Assembly: GCA_963797305.1 (NCBI GenBank)
Contig: CAWCOW010000003.1
Span: 856,043-920,042 of the forward strand
Direction: 5' to 3'
DNA: 64,000 bases
Source of the DNA: an uncultured Alphaproteobacteria bacterium
GTDB taxonomy: Bacteria; Pseudomonadota; Alphaproteobacteria; Acetobacterales; Acetobacteraceae
How positions within the stretch are numbered: the first letter of the stretch is position 1; each line of letters begins with the position of its first letter. Of the stretch, positions 1 through 9,793 are shown piece by piece. The notes beneath the pieces are model-generated. The model searched no databases and had not been told where the DNA came from. It was given only the letters and a program-made list of their open reading frames with translations. A program made the translations under genes and the position numbers.

Positions 1-810
1 GCGGGCGAAGCTGCTGGTCTGCAGGTCCTCCACCGGCAGGCTGGCGGAGACGCCCTTTTCGGACGCGAGCCAATCCTTCGCCTCGCGCTCGCCGCCGATG
101 GCGTCAACCAGGCCTAATGCCAAGGCCTGCCGCCCGGTATAGGGGCGACCATCGGCCAGCGGGCGGATCTTGGATTCATCCATGTGGCGCCCGGACGCCA
201 CCATGCCGACGAACTGGTCGTACATGTCGTTGACCAGGCCCTGCAGCACGACCTTGCCCTCCGGTGACAATGGCCGCACCAGGCTCGGCTCGTCCTTCAG
301 CGGGCCGGAGCGGACAACCTCCGCGGTGATGCCCACTTTGTTCAGCAGGCCGGACACTTCGCCGGTTTCCAGCAGCACGCCGATGGAGCCGGTCAAAGTC
401 GCCTCGCGCGCGTAAATCCGGTTGGCCGGCACCGCGATCATGTAGCCCGCTGAGGCTGCCAGACCGCGCATCACCGCCACGACCGGCTTCTTCGCCACCA
501 CGCGGCCAATGGCATCGTGAATGGTTTCACCGCCGGAGACGCTGCCTCCGGGACTGTTGATCGACAGGATCACCGCCTTGACCGACGAGTCCCCGGCCAG
601 GTCGTCGATCGCCTCGGTCAGCTTGCGGTCCTCGGTGATCAGGCCATCGACCGAAACCCGCGCGATATGGGCGCCGGACGGAGTCCATCCCGCGCCCTTC
701 GCTCCGGCCAAGACCGCGGCAACCACGGCAACGACCGCGCCAACCCGCCAAAGGTTCAGGCGGCGCTTGAGGCGCCGCCTGTCCAGTAGCAGATCAGTTT
801 CCAGCGACAC
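1..810 (-). CDS. sppA: Signal peptide peptidase SppA (S49), 3' end beyond window edge
   Basis: Manual translation from GTG at 810: MSLETDLLLDRRRLKRRLNLWR, a TM segment, then INSPGGSVSGG, AASAGYMIA, TLTGSIGV and SGPLKD motifs. It lies directly downstream of rpsA and is not in the ORF track because there is no stop in the window. Confidence 0.9.
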   Translation of the reverse strand, partial: MSLETDLLLDRRRLKRRLNLWRVGAVVAVVAAVLAGAKGAGWTPSGAHIARVSVDGLITEDRKLTEAIDDLAGDSSVKAVILSINSPGGSVSGGETIHDAIGRVVAKKPVVAVMRGLAASAGYMIAVPANRIYAREATLTGSIGVLLETGEVSGLLNKVGITAEVVRSGPLKDEPSLVRPLSPEGKVVLQGLVNDMYDQFVGMVASGRHMDESKIRPLADGRPYTGRQALALGLVDAIGGEREAKDWLASEKGVSASLPVEDLQTSSFAR

Positions 811-826
811 GCGCCGCCGGCCTTCG

Positions 827-2563
827 TTAGCTGTCTTGGGCTGCCTGGTTGCGGCGACGGATCGCGGCACCCAGGATGTCGCCCAGCGACGCTCCGGAGT
901 TGGAGGACCCGAACTCGGCCATCGCCTGCTTCTCTTCCTCGACTTCCTTGCCCTTGATGGTCAGGGTCAGCTTGCGCGACTGACGATCGACGGCGGTGAT
1001 CTTGGCATCGACCTTTTCGCCGACGGCGAAGCGGTCGGGGCGCTGATCACCCTTGTCGCGGGCGAGTTCGGCTCGGCGGATGAAGCCGGTCAGCACGTCG
1101 TTGACCTTGACCTCGATGCCGTTGGCCTGGACCGCGCTGACGATGCAGGTCACGACGTCACCCTTGTTGACGGTGTCGAGCACGCTGCGAGCCGGGTCAT
1201 CGCGCAACTGCTTGATGCCGAGGCTGATGCGTTCCTTCTCCACGTCGACGTCGAGCACCTTGGCCTTGACGTTCTGGCCCTTTTCGTAGGCCGCCATCGC
1301 CGCCTCGCCGGCCTCGTCCCAGGACAGGTCGGACATGTGGATCATGCCGTCGATGTCCGCGGACAGGCCGATGAACAGGCCGAATTCCGTGATGTTGCGG
1401 ATTTCGCCCTCGACCTCGGAGCCAATCGGATGCTCCTCGACGAACTGCTCCCACGGGTTGCGCTGGACCTGCTTGAGGCCGAGCGAAATCCGCCGCTTGG
1501 AGCTGTCCACGTCGAGCACCATGACGTCGACTTCCTGGCTGGTGGAGACGATCTTGCCGGGATGGACGTTCTTCTTCGTCCAGGACATCTCGGAGACGTG
1601 AACCAGACCCTCGACCCCCGGCTCCAGCTCCACGAAGGCGCCGTAGTCGGTGATGTTGGTGACGCGGCCCGAGTACTTGGCACCCGGCGGATACTTCGCC
1701 GCCACGCCTTCCCACGGATCAGCTTCCAACTGCTTCATGCCCAGGCTGATGCGCTGGGTGTCGGAGTTGAAGCGGATGACCTGGACCTTGACGGCCTGAC
1801 CGATGGTCAGCGCCTCGGACGGGTGATTGATGCGGCGCCAGGCGATGTCGGTGACATGCAGCAGGCCATCGACGCCGCCGAGGTCCACGAACGCGCCGTA
1901 ATCGGTGATGTTCTTCACCACGCCATCCAGGATCATGCCTTCCTTGAGGCCCTGGATCAGCTCGCTGCGCTGCTCCGCCCGGGTCTCTTCGAGCACGGCC
2001 CGGCGGGAGACGACGATGTTGCCTCGAGCCCGGTCCATCTTGAGGATCTGGAACGGCTGCGGCGTGCCCATCAGCGGGCCGACGTCGCGCACCGGGCGGA
2101 TATCGACCTGGCTGCCCGGCAGGAACGCGACCGCGCCGCCGAGATCGACGGTGAAGCCGCCCTTGACCCGCCCGTAGATCGTGCCGTCGACGCGCTTCTG
2201 CGCCTCGAACGCCTTTTCAAGATTGGTCCAGGCTTCTTCGCGGCGGGCCTTCTCGCGGGACAGGATGATGGAGCCGTCGCGGTCTTCGTACCGCTCGACA
2301 TACAGCTCGATCATGTCGCCGGGCTTGACGTCCGGCTTGGCGCCGGGCGGGCCGAATTCCTTGAGGGCGACGCGGCCCTCCGACTTCAGGCCGACATCGA
2401 CGATGGCGAATTCGTCGGTCAGCCGCAGCACGCGGCCGGTGACGACGGAGCCGTCGAAGCTGGCATCGGTGCCGAGTGTTTCGTCGAGGAGCGAGGCGAA
2501 ATCTTCGCCCTTGAAATGGTCTTGCACGGGTTCTTGGACGCGCGCGGTGGCGGATGCTGCCAT
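827..2563 (-). CDS. rpsA: 30S ribosomal protein S1
   Basis: 578 aa with repeated S1 domains (VKGGFTVDLGG, NITDYGAFVDLGGVDGLLHVTD, NITDYGAFVELEPGVEGLVHVSE). Confidence 0.99.
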   Translation of the reverse strand: MAASATARVQEPVQDHFKGEDFASLLDETLGTDASFDGSVVTGRVLRLTDEFAIVDVGLKSEGRVALKEFGPPGAKPDVKPGDMIELYVERYEDRDGSIILSREKARREEAWTNLEKAFEAQKRVDGTIYGRVKGGFTVDLGGAVAFLPGSQVDIRPVRDVGPLMGTPQPFQILKMDRARGNIVVSRRAVLEETRAEQRSELIQGLKEGMILDGVVKNITDYGAFVDLGGVDGLLHVTDIAWRRINHPSEALTIGQAVKVQVIRFNSDTQRISLGMKQLEADPWEGVAAKYPPGAKYSGRVTNITDYGAFVELEPGVEGLVHVSEMSWTKKNVHPGKIVSTSQEVDVMVLDVDSSKRRISLGLKQVQRNPWEQFVEEHPIGSEVEGEIRNITEFGLFIGLSADIDGMIHMSDLSWDEAGEAAMAAYEKGQNVKAKVLDVDVEKERISLGIKQLRDDPARSVLDTVNKGDVVTCIVSAVQANGIEVKVNDVLTGFIRRAELARDKGDQRPDRFAVGEKVDAKITAVDRQSRKLTLTIKGKEVEEEKQAMAEFGSSNSGASLGDILGAAIRRRNQAAQDS

Positions 2564-2719
2564 GAGTTAAGTGTGTTCCGTTACGGATGTCCGGGGCAGG
2601 CCCGGTGATTGCCGTTTTGTATGCGCGTTTCCGTACGGAAACACGGCTTGCCCGCGAGCCGGAGGTGCGGGCCGGGTTACAGCCAGAATCCACGTCGGGA
2701 TGGCGAGGATGGTGTGGGG

Positions 2720-2747
2720 AGATAGACTTTTGCACGTGAAAGTCAAG
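2720..2747 (-). promoter_or_regulatory. Putative sigma70 promoter of rpsA
   Basis: Minus strand reads CTTGAC-N16-CTATCT, about 160 bp upstream of the rpsA ATG, resembling the alphaproteobacterial CTTGAC...CTATAT consensus. Confidence 0.45.
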
Positions 2748-2897
2748 ACAGGTGGCGCGCGGCGGGCTTCCCGCAGAAACCGATGCGCGTTCGCCACCAC
2801 GATCAGCGACCGCGCCAAGCGCCAGGACATCAAAAGTCAGACCGGCGGCGCCTGTCCTGCGACGTATCGCTGCGGCAGCCGGCGGATGCCGGCTTGC

Positions 2898-3326
2898 TCA
2901 GTCCTCGGACAGCAGGTCGTCCAGCGTGTGCTGACAGGTGTGCGGCACCGGGAGTGGCGGCTGGCCGTCGATGGTTTCCGGCAGGCCACGCAAGGCGCGG
3001 CGGTAAAGCCGGTCGAGGTCGATCCGCGGGCGCATGGACGGCGCATAACGATCCGTTGCGTTCGACCGGAATACACGCGCTTCGGCCCGCCAGTGCGGAA
3101 CATGGCCGGAATGCCGCCAAGCCTCGGCCTTCAGCATATGGATCAGCGCCTGCAGCAGGTTCGACGTCACGGCGAGCAGTTGCTCGCTTCCCACGCTGTC
3201 GATTTCCTCAATGATGTTCGGCCAGTCCGGCGCTTCGTTCATCGGTTCCCCGGCGGCGAGGCGGCGCAGCAGGTCGCGCTGCTGTTCGGACCACAGCAGG
3301 ATGTCGGTTTCGCAGAGATCGGGCAT
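2898..3326 (-). CDS. DUF29 family protein
   Basis: 142 aa; ETDILLWSEQQRDLLR, DWPNIIEEIDSVGSEQ, LLQALIHMLK and HWRAE are typical of DUF29. Confidence 0.85.
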   Translation of the reverse strand: MPDLCETDILLWSEQQRDLLRRLAAGEPMNEAPDWPNIIEEIDSVGSEQLLAVTSNLLQALIHMLKAEAWRHSGHVPHWRAEARVFRSNATDRYAPSMRPRIDLDRLYRRALRGLPETIDGQPPLPVPHTCQHTLDDLLSED

Positions 3327-3528
3327 CGGACCCCTCCCTGCCGTTCACCGGCGGACAATGATGGCTGGTGCCTCGGCGATCAACGGCCACCCGCACCACG
3401 CGCCCCGGGCGTCGCCTAACCCCGTCCGCGACGCGCCTGGCAGACACCCCTGGAATGCTTCCCGACCTTGTGACCGAACGCCCTCATCCCTGCGCGTTGC
3501 CGCTCCGACACTGCTGGAGAACCCAATC

Positions 3529-4461
3529 ATGAAAGTCGGGGTCATCGGAGCCGGGGGCGTCGGCGCGGCCTGCGGCATGGCGCTGGTGCTGCGCGGCTCC
3601 GCGCGCGAGATCGTCGTCGTCGACCGAACTGCCAGGCGCGCCAAAGCCGTTGCGACGGATATCCGTTATGGCGTGCCAATCGGCCCGCGCATCGACGTGA
3701 CGGAGGGCGACTATGACGCCCTCGCCGGCGCCGCGCTGGTCATGATCACCGCCGGCGTGAACGAGCAGCAAGGCGGCGCGACCGATCGCTCCGACCCGGA
3801 GGGACGGCTCAAGCTGCTCGACAAGAACGCCGCGATCTACCGCGATATCGTCCCGGCGGTCGTCAAGGCCGCGCCCGGGGCCGTGCTGCTGGCGGTAACC
3901 GATCCGCCCGACCCGCTGGCGGATCTGACCCGCCGGCTGGCGGGACACGACAGGGTGCTGAGCACCGGCACCTGGCTCGACAGCCTGCGCTTTCGCACGC
4001 ACGTCGCCCGCAAGCTGGATGTCAGCCCCGACACAGTGGAGGCGCAGATCCTCGGCGAACACGGCACGTCGGAGGTGTTCGTCTGGTCGGGCGTCCGTGT
4101 GGCGGGCGTCCCGCTGCCGGCGCTGCTGCACCAACGCGGCGATGACGAAGCGGCGTTTCGCAAGGCTGTAGAAGAAGAGGTGCGCTACGCCAACATCGCC
4201 ATCGTCGAGGGCAACGACGCCAGCCAGTACGGCATCGGTATCGTCTGCGCCCGCATCGCCGAGGCGGTGCTGCGCGACGAGGGTCTCGCCGTGCCGATCG
4301 GCGGCTTCAGCCGGGAGCACGGGCTGACCCTGTCGCTGCCCGGCGTTATCGGCCGCCACGGCCTGCGCGCATTCTATCCGCCCGCCTTGTCTGAGGAGGA
4401 GACCCGCCTGCTCGACCGCAGTGTCGCGGCGCTGCGCAAGGCGGGAGAGCGAGTCACGTGA
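3529..4461 (+). CDS. L-lactate/malate dehydrogenase-fold 2-hydroxyacid dehydrogenase (atypical substrate loop)
   Basis: MKVGVIGAGGVG Rossmann motif, LDSLRF, GEHG catalytic His; ATG at 3529 after GGAGA. Confidence 0.88.
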   Translation: MKVGVIGAGGVGAACGMALVLRGSAREIVVVDRTARRAKAVATDIRYGVPIGPRIDVTEGDYDALAGAALVMITAGVNEQQGGATDRSDPEGRLKLLDKNAAIYRDIVPAVVKAAPGAVLLAVTDPPDPLADLTRRLAGHDRVLSTGTWLDSLRFRTHVARKLDVSPDTVEAQILGEHGTSEVFVWSGVRVAGVPLPALLHQRGDDEAAFRKAVEEEVRYANIAIVEGNDASQYGIGIVCARIAEAVLRDEGLAVPIGGFSREHGLTLSLPGVIGRHGLRAFYPPALSEEETRLLDRSVAALRKAGERVT

Positions 4462-4544
4462 CATGAACCCGCGATAATGTGCGGTTCGCAGCCGCCAGGC
4501 CCTGCTTTAGCTTCGTCAGGCAACACCGGAGAGGACCGCAAGAC

Positions 4545-5711
4545 ATGACCTCAGCCATCGATCGCGTGCTGACCGATCCGGTCGAAAGCGGCAAGCTGCC
4601 CGGCGTCGTGGGGCTGGTCGCGGACAACTCCGGGATCATCTACCAGGGCGCGTTCGGCCGCCGCGCGATCGACCGGCCCGATCCGATGACGCTCGACAGC
4701 GTGTTTCGAATCGCGTCGATGACCAAGGCCATCACGGCCACCGCGGCGATGCAGCTTGTGGAGACCGGCCGCATCAGCCTCGACCAGCCCATCGGCGAGC
4801 TGCTGCCGTTCACGCGCGACGTCCAGGTGCTGGAGGGCTTCGACGACGCCGGCAAGCCCCGCCTGCGGGCACCGGTTGGGCCGGTGACGGTGCGGCACCT
4901 GCTGACCCATACCTCCGGCTATAGCTACGACCTCTTCAACCCCGAACTCAGGCGCTTCATCGAGGTGACAGGACTGCCGAGCATCGGCACCTGCCGGCTG
5001 GATTCGCTGACGGTGCCGCTGATGTTCGATCCCGGGACCCAATGGGAATACGGCATCGGCATCGATCTGGTCGGGCGGATCGTCGAAAGCGTCAGCGGAC
5101 AGGACCTCGACGCGTATTTCTGGCAGAACATCTTCGGCCCGCTCGGCATGACCAGCAGCAGCTTCCGGCCCGGCGAGGCGATGCGGTCGCGCCTGGTCGG
5201 CACCCATGCCCGCGATGCTGACGGCAAGCCCGTGCCGATCGATTTCGAGTTCCCGCAGGATGCGGAATTCCGCATGGGCGGGGGCGGGCTTTACTCGACC
5301 GCATCCGATTACATGGCGTTTTGCCGCATGCTGCTTGCCGGCGGCACGCTGGACGGGCGGCAGGTGCTGAAGCCGGAGACGGTGAAGCTGATGAGCCGGA
5401 ACCACATCGGCGAGATGGACGTGCCGATGCTGCGCAGCGACAATCCGCAACTGGCGCTGGAGGTCGAGGCCTTTCCGGGCATCGTCAAGAAGTGGGGTTT
5501 GAGTTTCCTGATCACCGTGGGCGCGGTGCCGGGCGGCCGCGCTGCCGGAAGCCTTGCCTGGGCGGGGGTGCACAACACGTTCTTCTGGATCGATCCAACC
5601 TCGCGGATAACCGCGGTGCTGATGATGCAGTTGCTCCCGGCGAGCGATCCGGCGACGCTGGAAACGCTGATCGGATTCGAGGGGGCGGTTTACGGCACGT
5701 TCCGGCAGTGA
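4545..5711 (+). CDS. Serine hydrolase, beta-lactamase class C/EstB esterase family
   Basis: FRIASMTK (SxxK), LLTHTSG, WEYG, GGGGLYST, WAG motifs; no signal peptide. Confidence 0.9.
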   Translation: MTSAIDRVLTDPVESGKLPGVVGLVADNSGIIYQGAFGRRAIDRPDPMTLDSVFRIASMTKAITATAAMQLVETGRISLDQPIGELLPFTRDVQVLEGFDDAGKPRLRAPVGPVTVRHLLTHTSGYSYDLFNPELRRFIEVTGLPSIGTCRLDSLTVPLMFDPGTQWEYGIGIDLVGRIVESVSGQDLDAYFWQNIFGPLGMTSSSFRPGEAMRSRLVGTHARDADGKPVPIDFEFPQDAEFRMGGGGLYSTASDYMAFCRMLLAGGTLDGRQVLKPETVKLMSRNHIGEMDVPMLRSDNPQLALEVEAFPGIVKKWGLSFLITVGAVPGGRAAGSLAWAGVHNTFFWIDPTSRITAVLMMQLLPASDPATLETLIGFEGAVYGTFRQ

Positions 5712-5792
5712 GTCGGCAGGGTCAGGCGACGCTGATCCGATGGCCACTATGGCGACGCCCAGGAATAAGCGAATTGGGGGGCCGCCCCCTTC

Positions 5793-5869
5793 CGTCATGG
5801 CCCGGCTCGTCCGGGCCACCCCCGCCAGCACCTGCCGCGATAGTGGCCCGGACGAGCCGGGCCATGACG
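5793..5869. repeat. REPIN-like palindromic element, copy 1
   Basis: Perfect 27-bp inverted repeat CGTCATGGCCCGGCTCGTCCGGGCCAC...GTGGCCCGGACGAGCCGGGCCATGACG; each arm has an internal GCCCGG-N5-CCGGGC hairpin. Confidence 0.9.
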
Positions 5870-6162
5870 TTTTAGTTCGCCACCGGCCCGCGGCCCACCC
5901 CACCCTGGATGAAAAACGAGGACCGGACTGGGTTTCGGCCGGCCGCCAAGCCTATTTTCTTCACGGCCGGCTTTGCCGCCAACAGCGCCGCAGGCCGTGG
6001 ATGGCCGGACTGGATCCGGCCATCACACAGGACCACGATGCAGGGGTCGCAAGCATTGCACCCCCGGCGCACCCCATGCCTATACTCCCCCGGCTCCAAG
6101 CAACCGGTAGAGGCTGCGCACGCTTCCCTGCGCGTGACGTGCCCCAAGCAAGGATGACGATC

Positions 6163-7059
6163 ATGGCCAATGACGCAATGCTCGCGCAGATGTCCAAAAA
6201 ACCCGGCTTCATCGCCGCGCTCGACCAGAGCGGCGGATCGACGCCCGGCGCCCTGCGCCTCTACGGCATCCCGGACAGCGCCTACAGCGGCGATGCCGAG
6301 ATGTTCAAGCTGATGCACGAGATGCGCGTGCGCATCATCTCCGCCCCGGCCTTCACCGGCGCCAAGGTCATCGGCGCCATCCTGTTCGAGGCCACGATGG
6401 ACGGCCAGGCGCACGGCCGCCCCGTCCCGACCTTCCTGTGGGAGGACCGCGGCGTCGTCCCGTTCCTCAAAGTCGACAAAGGACTGGAACCGGAAAGCGA
6501 CGGCGTCAGCCTGATGAAGCCCATAGGCGGTCTGGACGCGCTGCTGGAGCGGGCGGTGAAGCTCGGGGTGTTCGGTACCAAGATGCGCTCGGTCATCAAC
6601 CTCGCCTCGAAGTCCGGAATCGCCGCCGTGGTGAAGCAGCAGTTCCACATCGCCGCGCAGATCGCCGCGCACGGGCTGATGCCGATCATCGAGCCGGAGG
6701 TGTCGATCAAAAGCCCGGACAAGGCGGGGGCCGAGACCGTGCTCCTATCGGAAATCAACAAGAACCTCGATGCCCTGCCCTCCGGCCGGCAGGTGATGCT
6801 GAAGCTGACCATTCCGGACAAGCCGGACTTCTACGCCGGATTGGTGAAGGACAAGCGCGTCGCCCGGGTCGTCGCGCTATCCGGCGGCTACTCGCGCACC
6901 GAGGCGTGCCAGCGCCTCGCCGCCAACCACGGCGTGATCGCCAGCTTCTCGCGGGCGCTGACCGAGGGGCTCAAACACGACATGAGCGACGCCGAGTTCG
7001 ACGCCGCGCTGGGTGAGTCGATCGAGGAGATCTTCCAGGCCTCGATCGAGAAAGTCTGA
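6163..7059 (+). CDS. fda: Fructose-1,6-bisphosphate aldolase class I (bacterial Fda type)
   Basis: GFIAALDQSGGSTPGAL, FLKVDKGL, GTKMRSVI, PIIEPEV, VALSGGYSR, ASFSRAL; AAGGA RBS before ATG 6163. Confidence 0.93.
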   Translation: MANDAMLAQMSKKPGFIAALDQSGGSTPGALRLYGIPDSAYSGDAEMFKLMHEMRVRIISAPAFTGAKVIGAILFEATMDGQAHGRPVPTFLWEDRGVVPFLKVDKGLEPESDGVSLMKPIGGLDALLERAVKLGVFGTKMRSVINLASKSGIAAVVKQQFHIAAQIAAHGLMPIIEPEVSIKSPDKAGAETVLLSEINKNLDALPSGRQVMLKLTIPDKPDFYAGLVKDKRVARVVALSGGYSRTEACQRLAANHGVIASFSRALTEGLKHDMSDAEFDAALGESIEEIFQASIEKV

Positions 7060-7200
7060 CGCAGGTGCGTGCGGGAGGGCCGCCGCGGATACGACAACCG
7101 GCGACCCGCCGGACGAGCAGGAGCCGAATACACGAACCGCAAGGCCATACCGCCCGACCCGGCAGCGTTCCGCCCGCTCGTTGCTGCACAGGAGGTTTCG

Positions 7201-7563
7201 ATGCGAACCTGGCTGTTGGTACTCGGCCTTATCGCTGCGCCATTCTGGCCGGCGCGATCGGCCGAGCCTCCGAGCGCCGTGGCAAGCCATCCGGTCAACG
7301 GCGAAAGTCTCGATGAACGATCCGAGGATTTCTTCGTCCGCTTCAATGCGCCGGTCAATCACGTGACGTCTCGCCTGTTCATCGCGCAGTCCGGCACCGT
7401 GATCGTTACACTCAGTCCCAGGCTAGACAGCGCGCCGGATACGCTGTTCGCGCGACGGGGCGCGCTCAGCCCCGGCAACTATGAAATGAGTTGGATTGCA
7501 TACTCGGGAAATGGACAAAGAACCGGCGGGATCGTGCCGTTTTCGGTTCGCGCTGATCGATAG
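7201..7563 (+). CDS. CopC-like exported protein (degenerate Cu ligands)
   Basis: GGAGG RBS, signal peptide, SHPVNG..VRFNAPV..LSPGNYEMSWIAYSGNGQRTGG..FSV matches the CopC layout. Confidence 0.65.
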   Translation: MRTWLLVLGLIAAPFWPARSAEPPSAVASHPVNGESLDERSEDFFVRFNAPVNHVTSRLFIAQSGTVIVTLSPRLDSAPDTLFARRGALSPGNYEMSWIAYSGNGQRTGGIVPFSVRADR

Positions 7564-7584
7564 GCGTTGCCCTCCCGGCCGGTC

Positions 7585-8304
7585 CTACCGCCGGAACCGC
7601 AGATCAAGCCCACGGGCGATCCATCCCGCCTCGATCACATCCAGATCGATCAGGCCGGCGGGATTGGCTTTGCAAGGGGCGATCCCGAGGCGGGAGACGC
7701 CCTGAACCTTCCAGATCGACAGCAGGCGGCGGAGTTCCGACAGCGGCTCCGGGTGATCGTCCACGCGCAGGTCCAGGTCCGGGAAGTCCTCGGTGGTGGC
7801 CATCACCATTGCGGCGGACTGTTTGCCACGCCGATCGCCGCCGGCGTTCTGGCCGGCCTCCATGGCAAGCATCAGGCGATCGGGCATCGGCAGCACCGCA
7901 TTCGCCGTCCACGCGTCGAGCGTCGACGCAAGCACGGCCTCGCCCGCCAGCATGTTGCCGGCGACGCTGACGCCCTTGGCACCGGCGTCGCCGCACCAGT
8001 CAACGCAATTGCCTCCGGTCCAGGCGGCGGTGCGGCCGTGGCGATCGACAGCGTGAACCTGGCGGATGCCGCGCCCCTCGTCGCCCGCCAGCGCGCCCTC
8101 GATCGCGGCCTCCGGGGGAAGGCCGCGCTGCATGGCGTCCAGGATGGCGGGGCCGAGATAGCGGTTGGCCATCGACTGGGTCGACACCGCGCCGACGCCG
8201 GCCCGCACGAACGGGCAGACGGCTCCGACGGCGAAGGCCTTGGTGGCGACGGCGACGGCGAACGCACCGGAGTTCGGGTCTCGGGCGACGATCGACCAGG
8301 TCAT
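7585..8304 (-). CDS. DUF1028 family Ntn-hydrolase-like protein
   Basis: MTWSIVARD start, AVGAVCP, GAVSTQ, AWTG..C, VAGNMLAG, GGDRRGKQSAA, DLRVDDH. Confidence 0.9.
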   Translation of the reverse strand: MTWSIVARDPNSGAFAVAVATKAFAVGAVCPFVRAGVGAVSTQSMANRYLGPAILDAMQRGLPPEAAIEGALAGDEGRGIRQVHAVDRHGRTAAWTGGNCVDWCGDAGAKGVSVAGNMLAGEAVLASTLDAWTANAVLPMPDRLMLAMEAGQNAGGDRRGKQSAAMVMATTEDFPDLDLRVDDHPEPLSELRRLLSIWKVQGVSRLGIAPCKANPAGLIDLDVIEAGWIARGLDLRFRR

Positions 8305-8460
8305 GCCGGTTACTGTCCCTCCCAAACCATCGTCATGGCGTAGCAGACCTCTTTTCCCGCCACCGAAAAAGGTGTTCACGATCTCGTCGGGTAGCCATTT
8401 GCCGCTGCACCGCGCAGCTTGGATGCCCAACTCGAATTTCGGGCGTCACAGGAGTTCATC

Positions 8461-9633
8461 ATGGGCACTGCATTGAAGGACCTCGCCGCCGCCGGGGTCG
8501 CGGTCTGGCTGGACGATTTAAGCCGCACCCGCATCCACTCCGGCAGCCTGGCGCATTCGGTCGAGGCCGGCGAGATCGTCGGCATCACCACCAACCCGAC
8601 GATCTTCTCCAAGGCCATTGGCAGCGGGTCGGGATATGAGGACCAGTTGCGCGACCTCGCCGTTCGCGGCACCGCTATCGGCGAGACGCTGCGGCTGCTG
8701 ACCGCATGGGACGTCCGCGCCGCCTGCGACATCCTGCATCCGGTCTACGAAAAGTCGGGCGGCCGCGATGGCCGCGTCTCCATCGAGGTGGACCCGCGCA
8801 TCGCCGAGGATGCCGGACGCACCGCCGCCGAGGCGCGCGGCCTGTGGTGGCTGGTGGACCGGCCCAACCTGTTCATCAAGATCCCCGCCACCCTGGCCGG
8901 CCTGCCGGCGATCACCGAGACCCTCGCCGCGGGGATCAGCGTCAACGTCACGCTGATCTTCTCGGTGGAACGCTACAAGGCGGTGCTGGAGGCATTCCTC
9001 AGCGGCCTCGAACAGCGACTGAAAGCGGGCGGCAGCCTGCATGGGATCGAAAGCGTCGCCTCTTTCTTCGTCAGTCGCGTCGATACCGAGGTCGACAAGC
9101 GGCTCGGCTCCAACGCCCCGCAATTGCGCGGACAGGCGGCGGTGGCGAACAGCCGGCTGGCGTATGAAGTGTATGAGCACATGCTCGAGACGCCGCGCTG
9201 GCAGGCGCTGGCGGCGGCGGGCGCGATGCCGCAGCGGCTGCTGTGGGCCTCGACCGGCGTGAAGGACAAGTCGTTCCCCGATACCAAGTATGTCGTCGAT
9301 CTGGTGGCCAAGGACACGGTCAACACGATGCCGGAGGCGACGCTGCGAGCGGTGGCCGACCACGGAACGGTGCGCGGCGACACGATCCGCGACGGCTACG
9401 CCGCGGCGCGCAAGGTGATCGCGGATCTGCGCACGGCCGGAGTGGACATCGCGGATGTGGCCGAGGTGCTGGAAAAGCAGGGCGTCGAATTGTTCGAAAA
9501 GAGCTGGGAGGAACTGATCGCCTCGGTCACCGAACAGATCGAGAAGGCCGGCGGCTCGGTGACGCCCGACGGCGCTGTCAAACCAGCCGGTGGCGGCGGG
9601 CCCGCTGCTGCTTCCCTCGGCCGTTCGGCGTAG
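8461..9633 (+). CDS. tal: Transaldolase (large actinobacterial/cyanobacterial-type subfamily)
   Basis: [31 protein letters not shown] (Schiff-base Lys), [30 protein letters not shown]. Confidence 0.95.
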   Translation: MGTALKDLAAAGVAVWLDDLSRTRIHSGSLAHSVEAGEIVGITTNPTIFSKAIGSGSGYEDQLRDLAVRGTAIGETLRLLTAWDVRAACDILHPVYEKSGGRDGRVSIEVDPRIAEDAGRTAAEARGLWWLVDRPNLFIKIPATLAGLPAITETLAAGISVNVTLIFSVERYKAVLEAFLSGLEQRLKAGGSLHGIESVASFFVSRVDTEVDKRLGSNAPQLRGQAAVANSRLAYEVYEHMLETPRWQALAAAGAMPQRLLWASTGVKDKSFPDTKYVVDLVAKDTVNTMPEATLRAVADHGTVRGDTIRDGYAAARKVIADLRTAGVDIADVAEVLEKQGVELFEKSWEELIASVTEQIEKAGGSVTPDGAVKPAGGGGPAAASLGRSA

Positions 9634-9793
9634 GGCTCACGCACGGATGCGCGTCTGCCTCCGGGCAGGCGCGCATGTTGCGTCCCGGCAGTGGGCAGCT
9701 AGAGTTGGCATCGCACCCCAGACCCGGGCGATGCCCGGCTGGAGGTGCTCAACCAACAAGCCGCCCGAAGCGGCGGCACGGGAGGAGTACGCA

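Noticed and set aside
521-2608. 695-aa plus-strand ORF and many other long ORFs (e.g. 9749-12022, 30561-32327, 53216-55450, 56604-58085)
   Set aside because: They are antisense or off-frame shadows of well-supported genes, expected in high-GC DNA with few stops, and have no recognisable motifs.
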